From: Rubripirellula sp.
GTDB taxonomy: Bacteria > Planctomycetota > Planctomycetia > Pirellulales > Pirellulaceae
Reading direction: 5' to 3'
NCBI GenBank assembly: GCA_965216875.1
Contig: OZ244207.1
Coordinates: 6,592,001-6,656,000, forward strand
Length of the DNA stretch: 64,000 nucleotides
A program made the position numbers and the translations under genes. The notes under the pieces were generated by a model that saw only the letters and a program-made list of their open reading frames with translations, did no database searches and had not been told where the DNA came from. Shown here in pieces: positions 26,901 to 32,664 of the stretch. How positions within the stretch are numbered: position 1 is the first letter of the stretch; every line of letters starts with the position of its first letter.

Positions 26901-28720
26901 TCGATGGTATACGTCGAGCCATCGATTGCGATAACGATTCGCGCGTCGCGTTCGGCCGCACCCAAAAGACGAATCTCGCTGTCAGATGTCACCGCGTCAG
27001 AATCTGATAGCCCGGTGTCGTCGGCGATGCGATGGATCGTTGGTTGGCTTGGGGCCGTCACGTCGAGCGTTACGGCAAGGCTTACTTCGCTTTGATTGCC
27101 GGCAGAATCGATGGCAACCAGCGACAACGAAGTTTCACCGTCGCTTCCAATCTCGGGGAACCACTGTTGGACTTGCCCGCTCGTCACATTCCATTGGTTG
27201 GAGTTTCGATCGAGAAAGGGCAGCACATCGATCGACGTTTCCGAGTGAACGAGCGATAGCGTTTCGATTGGAGATTGATCAACCACGGTCGCCACAAGAG
27301 ACAGATCTGCGGTGGTTCGGTCGGAATCCGACCAGCCAGTGTCATTCGCTAATGCGAAGGTGACGCTTGGCGGCGAGGTGTCTGGCCCGTCAGTGGCCGG
27401 CATGCGCGATGCGACGACATCTTCGTTACGGTTTCGTTTGTGAGTCCATGCCGCGAGGTAGCCGCCCTGGTGATCGGACGCAATGGTTGGTGCGTATTGA
27501 TAGGCATCCTGTTGACCGCCTGCGCCTGCAGTGCTCGGCAAAGAAAATTCATCGCCTGAAGGTTGGTCGATCGATTCAAAGTTGCGTCCGCGAACAGTCA
27601 TGTCGTAGCCGCGCCAGCCGCGCCGACTTGCAAACGAGTTCCATAGGATGAGGAATGAACCATCGGTCGCGACTGCGGCAGTTGGTGCAAATAGAAACCC
27701 AGCACGATGTTGATTCACGAGCGTTTCGTCGCGTGCGGGTTGTCCGTTGCTGTGAAAGACGCGTGCGTGAATACCGGACCCGTCCCCCGCCCCGCGTCCA
27801 GACCAAACCACCAGCGTTTCTCCGCTCGGTAAGGCAGCGACGTCGGGAGAGCCTTGGAATCCCGAGGGCGATTGGTGGACGCGGATCGGTTCGTGCGCCG
27901 CCGCACCCGAGTGGTCATAGTGCCTCAGAAAAGCGCCGAAGGGATCGTCGACATCACTGCCGGCGAAGGCGACTGCGAAACCTTCGCTGGTTTTGGTGAT
28001 GGAGGGAGCGGTTTGCAGGCCACGGGCTCTTGAATTGACTCGGTGCTCACCCGCGAGCGGATGGTTCTCGGCGTCAAAGACTCTTGCAAACACCCCCGCT
28101 GCGTCGCCATTTCCGGCACCTGCCCAAGCGACCGCAAACGCTCCGCCATCGAGTGCAGCGACCACCGGTTGCGATTGCACTCCACGCCGCGTTTGGTTGA
28201 TACGAAACTCACTACCAATCGGTTGGCCAGTCGCATCGAGGCGTCTGGCGAAAATTCCGCGGCGATCACTTTCGCCCCCGCTTCCCTCCCCTCGCCCGCT
28301 CCACACGACAATGGATGAACCATCTTCAAATTGATCGATGGCGGCGTATCGCTGCTTGCCCTCGATGGTTTGATTGACAAGCACGGGTTGCGCGATCGGC
28401 AATCCCTCTGCGTCCACACGCCTTGCGTAGATTCCCTTGTTGTCGCCGTCACCTTTGCCGGCATAGACGACGATGCCGCTGCCATCTTGGGCAACCGCGA
28501 CAGCCTGTTGCTGCACGCCAATCGATTGGTGTCCATGGACCGGATCGTTGACAATGAATGGGTCAAGGAACCCACTGCCGTCAAGCAACAGACGCCGGTC
28601 AAGTCGCTCGGCGCGCAAAAGACGACTCTGTTTGCGCAGCAACTGCGCACTACCCCAACTTTTCGAACCCATCGGAATGTGCCCCAAACGGCATCGATCA
28701 GGACGTGCCGCTGCCCCCAC
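14954..28720 (-). CDS. Giant Rhs/YD-repeat polymorphic toxin (4588 aa): planctomycete export motif, repeat propeller, Ig-like domains, FG-GAP repeats, YD shell, Rhs core, alpha/beta-hydrolase C-terminal toxin
   Basis: LRAERLDRRLLL motif; DTGxSxxDxxT Big repeats; DxNxDGxxD FG-GAP repeats; many YD repeats; core FGFTGRPYD..RWYD..GNWVSEDP..NHPINAIDPDG; then IIIVHGI...VAGYSNGG. Alternative start is ATG 28672. Confidence 0.93.
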   Translation of the reverse strand: MGAAARPDRCRLGHIPMGSKSWGSAQLLRKQSRLLRAERLDRRLLLDGSGFLDPFIVNDPVHGHQSIGVQQQAVAVAQDGSGIVVYAGKGDGDNKGIYARRVDAEGLPIAQPVLVNQTIEGKQRYAAIDQFEDGSSIVVWSGRGEGSGGESDRRGIFARRLDATGQPIGSEFRINQTRRGVQSQPVVAALDGGAFAVAWAGAGNGDAAGVFARVFDAENHPLAGEHRVNSRARGLQTAPSITKTSEGFAVAFAGSDVDDPFGAFLRHYDHSGAAAHEPIRVHQSPSGFQGSPDVAALPSGETLVVWSGRGAGDGSGIHARVFHSNGQPARDETLVNQHRAGFLFAPTAAVATDGSFLILWNSFASRRGWRGYDMTVRGRNFESIDQPSGDEFSLPSTAGAGGQQDAYQYAPTIASDHQGGYLAAWTHKRNRNEDVVASRMPATDGPDTSPPSVTFALANDTGWSDSDRTTADLSLVATVVDQSPIETLSLVHSETSIDVLPFLDRNSNQWNVTSGQVQQWFPEIGSDGETSLSLVAIDSAGNQSEVSLAVTLDVTAPSQPTIHRIADDTGLSDSDAVTSDSEIRLLGAAERDARIVIAIDGSTYTIDVDDQGNWESGLINLDDGEYSAAAVAIDRAGNESIPKDDFLVVVDSIAPAPPSIVKITDSLGVEIAGSTADTTIVVTGTSEPLAQISLSDVSLGVLAQTPTAADGQWQATLDLGQHVGDAPLELRLSANAIDLAGNASLTSELATVVIGQPSVITPTIIGLDNDTGSSNQDFVTSDNRVIVNGIGRAGDLVTLTVAPTGITFETPIDSSGNWVADLSAYAWNDGAYTLSAVATTIHGETSPTDTAQVIIDTTVPAIGNLQLARESDTGIVGDQRTSDSSVVIAGEAEHGAEIHVSGQTSSTTSDGSFELFDVQLSSGRETYTVVASDLAGNTSTASIDLFHEANVTFAESAFVSTTSVELPVPTTESRHSLTFTIDVNTDRSSELHASEDTLNIQLMSLSDPPVPLVTRADGNPSLLSFTGDSVDYDPTILRFDGSNAVVDLGLLSNVEHARLVATWINVDSDSNSIATISRIAIDESASLLSRPFSNAPPVYPVGDEIDLAGFQVDTDAQAILRDLRIDPATGHLVGLARIRTGSMPSGRRVAFRFDDLPAGVEVLNASGLDSMNRPYLNLSNATPSGGLAAESDSGSVPIVTRNPNGLALPLRPTVLTQGANQPPVVTDPGPISVVAGGYFEADYPAIDANGDRLRYSIRSAMGLPIANLSADGQLVVTPAPGQEGEYSFDLVVSDGSAETVVPVSLSVTEDTDSTTRVSGIVLSTHSEPIPGISIELGNNTTTTDEEGRFELSVAPETTADTLLIRGEEFIGTEVYPFIAEKIPLLLGRDLYQASNNQIGRPIYLPALDIANGQTVDPTVDTTVTTAAIPGAAVLVKAGSLKDQNGGDFSGLLSITEVPVDVTPAALPAGLFTDLVVTIQPGEMVFEIPAPLTLPNRAGHAPGTEMILWSISPITGDFDNVGVGRVSDDGSVIETISGGIRNSSWHDFSTTPPNGTPPENDNNNADKDCDDCENRHEPDAFDLSEILNATSNHSLAPNSDAPSTPQDPDQPPTSPPNRFTLSPGASNGFSSWSSGGAASADGVVRDEVFGVATAAGDYLDSSLYYAASANGSQTVDSVFPSAQSAAPASTHESPLTAPEDRQSTSVSTHAGALHKSHTLAAYQSQGVGRAVKLVYDSERADPRPIIHSEVQQPGRNIDAPVLVAGMTVYGGSAELPLREPGTAIGNIGNSAGLGLPPIETSDQYRSITPGLDAAGHGRQINELADYPSGRYGYTARLRISGAQNLANAGLTTELDSNLVHINSIDSPIGSGWGIAGLQEIVRNYDGSLLLIDGDGGESVFERVAGEDFFRSPGDFSRIFENGDGTFRRVLTDQTVYLFNASDQLESISDRNGNQTTFHYDTDGRLLRIVDPVGLETRLEYSDGLLTGVVDPADRRTTFQHDEDGNLVQIVDPDASQRQFTYDDEHRLTSETDKNGNSERIEYDFAGRVRQFTRTDGSMIQYSPAQSRSVLPPELTSNAQTAPPAVSLGRQAIASVADANGNVLTASLDRAGQTISQNDPLSNLPEFERGFNNRITRTLDGRGNETVLTYDERGNLVTISDAVARSSGDDSIFAGQVQLTGQQPSHVMLQDVTGDQLLDAVVATQGTGEVAIYAGRGNGGFDLPFAVSVAGARISVAGDFDSDGTVDIAVASDNGLLSLLKGDGNGQFTAHSSVAINADTDSLIALDVDQNGVTDLATLGRSSGVIELLINNADGTFQSPDLLPTSTQTVRLVSVDVNADGQDDLVAVNQTAADNLSVWLSTGLGTYASPIRQTVAAFAPVDLAMADIDGDGAFDVVTTDASSAIAIALGRGNGTFDAPDTIPFAVPLPPIPGTPPTSLLEVSDSDGDGDADIVAGVLGGGFVTFNNDGSGNLQPVESVFVGGNLPSLAVADINDDGRRDVMAVSELGRFIRPYLAFPDGSYIDPNQVVGVGLNLPSPQDRIFAADVDNDGLVDLVTQSYLSQTVSILKNNGSGVLSQPTTVALGGFAGPVSVSDANDDGFADLLTPLTNDNEVSIRFGSRFGFDDGVLVELPTIDQPGSIESGDFDGDGISDLVVTGTNEMVVLRGVGNQDFVSLPPIPVLDPSTQTIVDDFDRDGQLDVVLVGTSTTDVFVTLRLGSNDGEFSPPTRHSFASEPLTAAIAVSHVESADINNDGAPDLVATDPNTDTIRVLVNRGDGTFSDPISTPTSPNPVSLSLRDLNNDNLLDVVVASADASVANVMIGFGDGTFIDRQDYFLAPNPIGATLLDAFGTSDPQIYTIGFGMTSLVTVRNTNPNTSEGFAKQFEYDDQFNQLTRTVDELGNQTLIERDPATGNALSITQVIGEVGGSDDLVTTYSYLPSGQVASMTDPLGRLTNYLYDSAGRLTRTTFAVGTADEAFSELEYDAAGNLTAVINELGHRTEYEFDELNRLIHTVDPDPDGPGPQTSQGRVYEYDGHGNLLQVSDALHGTVAYEYDGLHRRTRKTDALDQSWQYEYDDSGNLVRQTDRLGRVTRYQYDERNRMTAVIDALGAVQRLIYDADNNPVRRIDKNGYVWVTQFDARNRVVREIDPLGNETVLQYDLANNIQSAVDPLKRKTEFFYDDLYRLVGIHEADPDGLAGPLSSPVRSIEYDRASNQIRVIDPLGNVVETQYDARNRPIVETLPDPDGSGPDVAPIYVYEYDDANRLSRTTDPLGRVTTYEYDDRNLLIRTTHPDPDGAGPASAPIVAHEYDVAGNLLSTTDALGNRTDYQYDHLYRLISRIDSDPDGVGPLESPITTIAYDHEGQITSVTDPLGRVIAYQYDDLGRTTTEVYPDPDGAGPESNPVVTNAYDPVGNRIAVVDPLGNATRFEYDQHHRLVRVIMPDPDGDGPDANPIAQYQYDAADQTVATVDPLGRRQQYFYDDLGRIVQETYPDPDDAGPLEAPVMTYAYDAIGNQIAMTDSLGNTTAYQFDHLYRRTHVIAADPDGPGQQGRPVTKIEYDVVSRAITAMDPLGRTTQFIYDDLDRVVTEIYPDPDGAGPLQSPQIAFTYDSVGNQTSSTDAVGSVTQFVYDNLYRNTATIQADPDGPTGPLTSPITTYTYDVASQPITVTDPLGRTSTNHYDDLGRVITVIDPDPDGTGPLAAATTHFTFDSVGNQTSTIDPNGYLTQYTYDNLYRRTSQVREDLDGATGPLGHPTTSYTYDLVGNLLSLTDPSGNTTRWQYDQLDRNTTETISLDGSAVSRRYDYDAMNNLVEVTDRNGRVTRHDYDHLHRPIAEHWIGDTENVTRSITTTYDVANQVLAVEDSVAQSRYDYAYDRLGRAITIDSTNESVVVGLHNEFDAQNRRTRLAANIDGSLDFENTYSYDALHRLSVLTQSSQPGATVSPKRFDFEFNRASQLTQLARYADLAGTQTIATSDYAFDGQARLQSISHINSTGTSIAGYQFEYDIASRITQVDSLVDGPSNYGYDNDNQLTSASHTGQANESYTYDENGNRAGVGQTTGDHNRIMSNGPVQYEYDNEGNRILRTDTQTGNVTEYRWDHRNRLTEVIQRASAGDDAIHHVYHRYDPFNRWISKSVDVDGDGPIDAETTFYDYDGSNIVLARSDAGVSDRYAWGAVVDQILAEEDAVTNEVVYPLSDHLGSVRDLVDSSGSPINHIQYDSYGNVVSETDAAIDSLFGFTGRPYDESTELQNNHHRWYDAETGNWVSEDPISFASGDTNLTRYTANHPINAIDPDGRVIIIVHGIQNLNNREIAAFAERLDQKSGPKQKIIHFKYGERSSAGTDPQPPGTSNAILSTKAKLNRAAGEELGKLIESIAVEKRRLGSSEPIHVAGYSNGGNPTVIAFEHTGTIVNSTSLLGTSVRAKETDLSNAIAHSAAFHTFVSPGDGATKPVNGIGSHGTEGRYDHINRYHETVVENVFHSLNEASGSHPFLSHLSEERVPGRVTAFSMAWGYDLLQWGNSFKDNGGGIIYATSWLTAFMFENFYYQIWELRRDQDNLFSTEGILPNGTRLENCPDGIPVDYIFYFE

Positions 28721-28859
28721 AATCCTGCCCCAGGATCATTGTGAACGGCACGCCCGATCGATGCGCCCCAATGTTTTTAAGTGTGAACCAGAATGGTTTT
28801 CGTCACTGAAAAGTTTGTCGGCTGTTCTTCAGCCATAGCAGGCTTCTGCTGGGGGGTAA

Positions 28860-28960
28860 GTTTAGGGTTGGTATCCAACATTACAATACAAAAAAACAAA
28901 TAAACATAAAAAGATTTAATGACTAAAGGTATTGAGGGTTGACGGCATTTCGTTGTTTGA
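28860..28960. promoter_or_regulatory. Strongly AT-rich tract in the divergent intergenic region between the Rhs and HD genes (likely promoter / nucleoid-protein-binding region)
   Basis: ttacaatacaaaaaaacaaataaacataaaaagatttaatgactaaa within otherwise GC-rich DNA. Confidence 0.5.
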
Positions 28961-29121
28961 ATGCAAACCGTTGTGAGATTCTCAAGAGAACACAACCACG
29001 AATCTTCCAGATGCCACGAATAGGTTCGTAGGGGCTTGTTTGCAGGAGGCAGTGAACCTGGGGGCAATGCGGTGTGCCGATGGTTGACGACGTTGCAGTC
29101 GAATGACGAGTGTGGGTTGAG

Positions 29122-29598
29122 ATGCGTTACGAATTTCACGAGATCGCGAAGGTTGCTAAGGACCGCTTTAGGTTGAGCCTGAAGGGGACGCATGGGCTTG
29201 CGCACTGGCAGCGCGTTCAAGAGAACGGTTTGAAGCTGGCCAAGCACAACGGTGCCAACAAAGACATCGTTAAGCTCTTTTCTTTCCTACACGACTGTTG
29301 CCGCGAAGATGATGCGTCAGACCCTTATCATGGGCCACGCGCCGCCGAGTTTACCGAAGGACTGCGCAACGACTTGATCGTTGCTGACGATGAAACGTTC
29401 GAAAAGCTGGTCGAAGCAATTCATGACCATACCCTGGTGACACATCATCGTGACGTCGACATCGCTACCTGCTGGGACGCCGATCGATTGGATATTGGCC
29501 GAGTCGGTCGAGCGCCCGATCGACGTCTTTTGAACACGCCAATCGCGAAGGAGAAATGGGTGATCCACTGGGCGTACAAGCGCAGTGTGAGTCATTAG
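29122..29598 (+). CDS. Stand-alone HD-domain metal-dependent phosphohydrolase
   Basis: Motifs HGLAHWQRV, FLHDCCR, HGPRAAE, IHDH and CWDADRLD. The ORF track opens at 29110. Confidence 0.88.
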   Translation: MRYEFHEIAKVAKDRFRLSLKGTHGLAHWQRVQENGLKLAKHNGANKDIVKLFSFLHDCCREDDASDPYHGPRAAEFTEGLRNDLIVADDETFEKLVEAIHDHTLVTHHRDVDIATCWDADRLDIGRVGRAPDRRLLNTPIAKEKWVIHWAYKRSVSH

Positions 29599-29647
29599 CC
29601 CGCCAGGGGTCGCGGTCCGAGCGATCCCGGAAACGTTGCGCTGTTAT

Positions 29648-29776
29648 GTGAGCCGAACGCGCTACCGTCGGGCCTTACTCTCGATTTACCCTCGATCCGT
29701 CATGCGGAGCATGACCTACGAAGAGGACGCGGAGCGTCCGAGAGTGCGTTACCACGCGGAGCGTGGTAACGAGGTG
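29648..29776 (-). repeat. Composite REP-like array, right copy (inverted relative to 13864-14001)
   Basis: The reverse complement reads cacctcgttaccacgctccgcgtggtaac..ggacgctccgcgtcc..gtaggtcatgctccgcatgac..gtaaggcccgacggtagcgcgttcggctcac, the same module order as the left copy. Confidence 0.88.
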
Positions 29777-29829
29777 AGCGGAGTGCGGGAACGAGGTGAG
29801 TGGCGAGTCGGAGCCCTTTCCGCGTTTTC

Positions 29830-31344
29830 CTATTCAGCTCGTTCGATGGCGAAGACGCAGGCGTGTTTCCCAGCGAAGCCTTGGGGCATGTTGATGCGAA
29901 GATGGTAGGGGTCGTGGCTGTATTTGATCGTCGCGTCGCTGCCGAGGAGTTTGAGTGATTTGATGTCGTCTTGGTTCAAGCGTCCGCGCGTGCCGAGGGC
30001 GCGGATCTTGATTTCGCCTTTGGGCACACCGAGGCAGATCGCGTACAGCGTGTCGTCTTTCTGGGTGAAGCGAAAGTCATTCTCGGTGTAGACGGCATTG
30101 CGATGACGCTCGGAGTAATGTCCGGTCTTTTCAAGGAACGAAGGTCCTTCGCCGTAGACCGTCCAGGGGACTGTGCCGTAGATCGCTGCGCCATTGATGT
30201 CGAGCCAGTCGCCGATCTCAAGCAGTTCGCCAACGATGTCCTCGGAAAACGTTCCGTCGACTTTGGGCGGCACATTGAGAAGTAGGATGCCGTTCTTGGC
30301 AACCACATCCACAAGGATGTCGATCAACGCATTGGCATCCTTGATTCCCATCCCCTCTTTGTAGAACCAACTGACCGGATCGCAAATGTCGATGTCGGTC
30401 ATCCAAACATCGTAGGCGAGTTCGTCGATGAGTCCGTTTTCGATGTTCCGCATTCCGACATTCGGCGGAATGTCGAACTCTTTGTAAACGAGTTCGACTT
30501 CTTTGTTGTGTTGGGCAGCGACGTTAAAGAAGTTGGCGATGTAGGCGCGCTGTGCCCAATCGGGGTAACCCCCGATGTGGTTCTCGCGTTCGGCGATCAG
30601 TTTGCCGTGCACCAGCCGCCCTTGGTTGTGCGCGCGGACAGTGCCGCCAAACGAAGTGTCGAGCCATGAAATGTCGGGTTGGTACTTGTTGACCGCTTCG
30701 TTCATTTTCGCGAGCCACTGTTCAACAAACTCGCGCGTTGGTGGCGATTGCATTTCGTTGTCGTTGCGATAGCGGATCGCCCCTTCGACATCGAGATCGT
30801 GAGGCGGCCCGTAGAGGTCAACGTATTTTGGGTTTCGCCGGCCAGGGTTGTCTTGATCGGTCGCCGCTTTGTACCAATAGCCGGTGTGGAACGACGTGAT
30901 CAGCTTCATGTCTCGGGCAAGGATCTCGGGTTTGAGCTGGCCAATCAGATCGATTCGCGGACCCATGTTGGCTGAGTTGAAGGGCGTCTGATCGCTATCC
31001 CAGTGAAGGAAGCCACTGCCGTGCCAAGCGACCGGGCCCGCGAACTTTGCACCCGCGCGCTCAAAGAGATCTGCCCACTGGCCGGCATCAAATTTGTCGA
31101 GCGTCAGTCCGTCGATTAATTCATGCGTGTGCTTCGATTCGTTGCCTGGCAAGTTCTTGACCGTTTCAAACGAAACATGGCAATAAATTCCGAACTTGGC
31201 ATCCCTTAGCCACTGAGGTGTTTGATGCCGTGAGAGGGAATTCCAATTCGGCTGGTACCGCTCGGCAGATTGTTGTGCCGTGGAGTGGTCGGTCAAAGCG
31301 ATCCAGACACTCAGAGCAAGAAGCGTTGTTGTCAGCGCTCTCAT
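29830..31344 (-). CDS. Glycoside hydrolase family 29 (alpha-L-fucosidase-like), secreted
   Basis: YQPNWNSL..PQWLRDAKFGIYCH, KFDAGQWADLFERAGAKF, nucleophile region YQPDISWLD, VAKNGILLLNVPP, WLDINGAAIYGT. Signal peptide follows ATG 31344; the ORF track opens at 31452. Confidence 0.9.
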   Translation of the reverse strand: MRALTTTLLALSVWIALTDHSTAQQSAERYQPNWNSLSRHQTPQWLRDAKFGIYCHVSFETVKNLPGNESKHTHELIDGLTLDKFDAGQWADLFERAGAKFAGPVAWHGSGFLHWDSDQTPFNSANMGPRIDLIGQLKPEILARDMKLITSFHTGYWYKAATDQDNPGRRNPKYVDLYGPPHDLDVEGAIRYRNDNEMQSPPTREFVEQWLAKMNEAVNKYQPDISWLDTSFGGTVRAHNQGRLVHGKLIAERENHIGGYPDWAQRAYIANFFNVAAQHNKEVELVYKEFDIPPNVGMRNIENGLIDELAYDVWMTDIDICDPVSWFYKEGMGIKDANALIDILVDVVAKNGILLLNVPPKVDGTFSEDIVGELLEIGDWLDINGAAIYGTVPWTVYGEGPSFLEKTGHYSERHRNAVYTENDFRFTQKDDTLYAICLGVPKGEIKIRALGTRGRLNQDDIKSLKLLGSDATIKYSHDPYHLRINMPQGFAGKHACVFAIERAE

Positions 31345-31533
31345 GATTCTTATGGGTGGTTTGTCGAAAACGGGGCAGCAGCGAGTCGGCCCTCTCGAAT
31401 CTAGTTGAAACGTGAGGCATTGGAATCGAACTGCTGAGCCACTGTCAAACAACGATTCTTAACTAGGCGACAAGAGATCAACCTGACGCCGGCGAGGGCG
31501 AGCGCAAGCGATCACGAGCGCAAAAGGCTGCGT

Positions 31534-32661
31534 CTACGACTTGGCTGGCGCATCGACCAGCGCTCGCGTTGACTCGACAAACAGTTCGTCCGCGTTAAGC
31601 AGTCGCTTGGCCAATCCCTGCTCGTAGAGATAACGACAAGCGGTTTGCATTGCCTTGCGATTCGCCTCGAGACCATATGAATAGAAATTCTCGCCGAGTG
31701 CTTCGATGGTCTCGTCGAGTTCTTGGCCGTACCAGGGCAACGAACTGTAAGCCCACTTGATGCGTTTTGCTTCGATGTCGTCGAGCTGCTTGGAAAGCGA
31801 GTAGGCTTCGAAAACCTTTTGGGGCAGATCGGGTTGTTCGGTTGTCAGTGCACGCCGTATGGCAATGACGTGCATGATCGGAAAGATCTGCGTGCGTCTG
31901 AAATAGTCTTTCTCGACGCTGCGATGATCGTCGAACAATCGTTTGATGTCTGGGTTGCGTTCGACAAACGCTTGCGGTTCGGCTGGATGAAAGATCGCAT
32001 CGACTTGACCGGAAAGAAGCAAGTCCGACTCATCCTGATCCGCAGGCCCCATCGTGATGTCGATGTCCTCGGGGACAATCCTTTCCCAGCGTGATGCACT
32101 GCCGGTTTGAGCGTCGGCCGAGTCTTTTTTGGTTTGCACCCATCGGATGTCTTTGGGTTCAACGCCGTATTCGTCTTTGATCATTCCGCGAATCCACGTC
32201 AGGCCCGATGACGAGTAGCCAACCGTGGCAACCTTGCGGCCTTTTAAGTCGGCTGGCGTTTTGATGGGCCCGTCGGTGCGCACGAAGATGCTTTTGTGGC
32301 GAAAGACTTTTAAGATAAAGACGGGAAGCAGTTGGTAGTCGCGGAAGTCGTCGTTGCAATACGCAAGCAGGTAGGGAATCAGACCGACTTCGGAAACATC
32401 GTGCGTTGCGGGTCCGTTGAAGACATGACGATTCAGGTCTCCAATCTTTGACTGGACGAATTGGACTTTGTAGCCATCAATGGTGGCCTTGCCTTCGCGA
32501 ATCGCTGTCACGCGATCATAGGGATAGCCTGCGATCGTGAGCGGCCGGTCGTTTTCGGCTGCGTTTGTTGGTTGCAGCGCGAACATTGAGGTGCATGCGG
32601 ATGCCGCACTCGCGCCGAGGAAGGATCGGCGCGAGCAGGAACGAGGGTTTTGTCGCCACAT
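31534..32661 (-). CDS. Tat-exported 4,5-dihydroxyphthalate-decarboxylase-like / periplasmic-binding-protein-fold protein
   Basis: Tat motif SRRSFLG. YDRVTAIREG, DVSE, LPVF..FRHKSIFV..PADLKGRKV, YFRRTQIFPIMHVIAIR and YGLEANR match the PhtD/OphC-like family. Confidence 0.8.
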   Translation of the reverse strand: MWRQNPRSCSRRSFLGASAASACTSMFALQPTNAAENDRPLTIAGYPYDRVTAIREGKATIDGYKVQFVQSKIGDLNRHVFNGPATHDVSEVGLIPYLLAYCNDDFRDYQLLPVFILKVFRHKSIFVRTDGPIKTPADLKGRKVATVGYSSSGLTWIRGMIKDEYGVEPKDIRWVQTKKDSADAQTGSASRWERIVPEDIDITMGPADQDESDLLLSGQVDAIFHPAEPQAFVERNPDIKRLFDDHRSVEKDYFRRTQIFPIMHVIAIRRALTTEQPDLPQKVFEAYSLSKQLDDIEAKRIKWAYSSLPWYGQELDETIEALGENFYSYGLEANRKAMQTACRYLYEQGLAKRLLNADELFVESTRALVDAPAKS

Positions 32662-32664
32662 GGT

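Noticed and set aside
14954..28720. Type VI secretion effector locus
   Set aside because: There are no PAAR, VgrG, Hcp or EagR-like sequences in the protein or its neighbourhood.
28777..29247. 156-aa minus-strand ORF across the AT-rich tract
   Set aside because: It overlaps the HD gene antisense, has atypical composition, and shows no motif support.
13864..29776. Classical IS or composite transposon
   Set aside because: No transposase, integrase or clear target-site duplication was seen; it is retained only as a REP-bounded island hypothesis.
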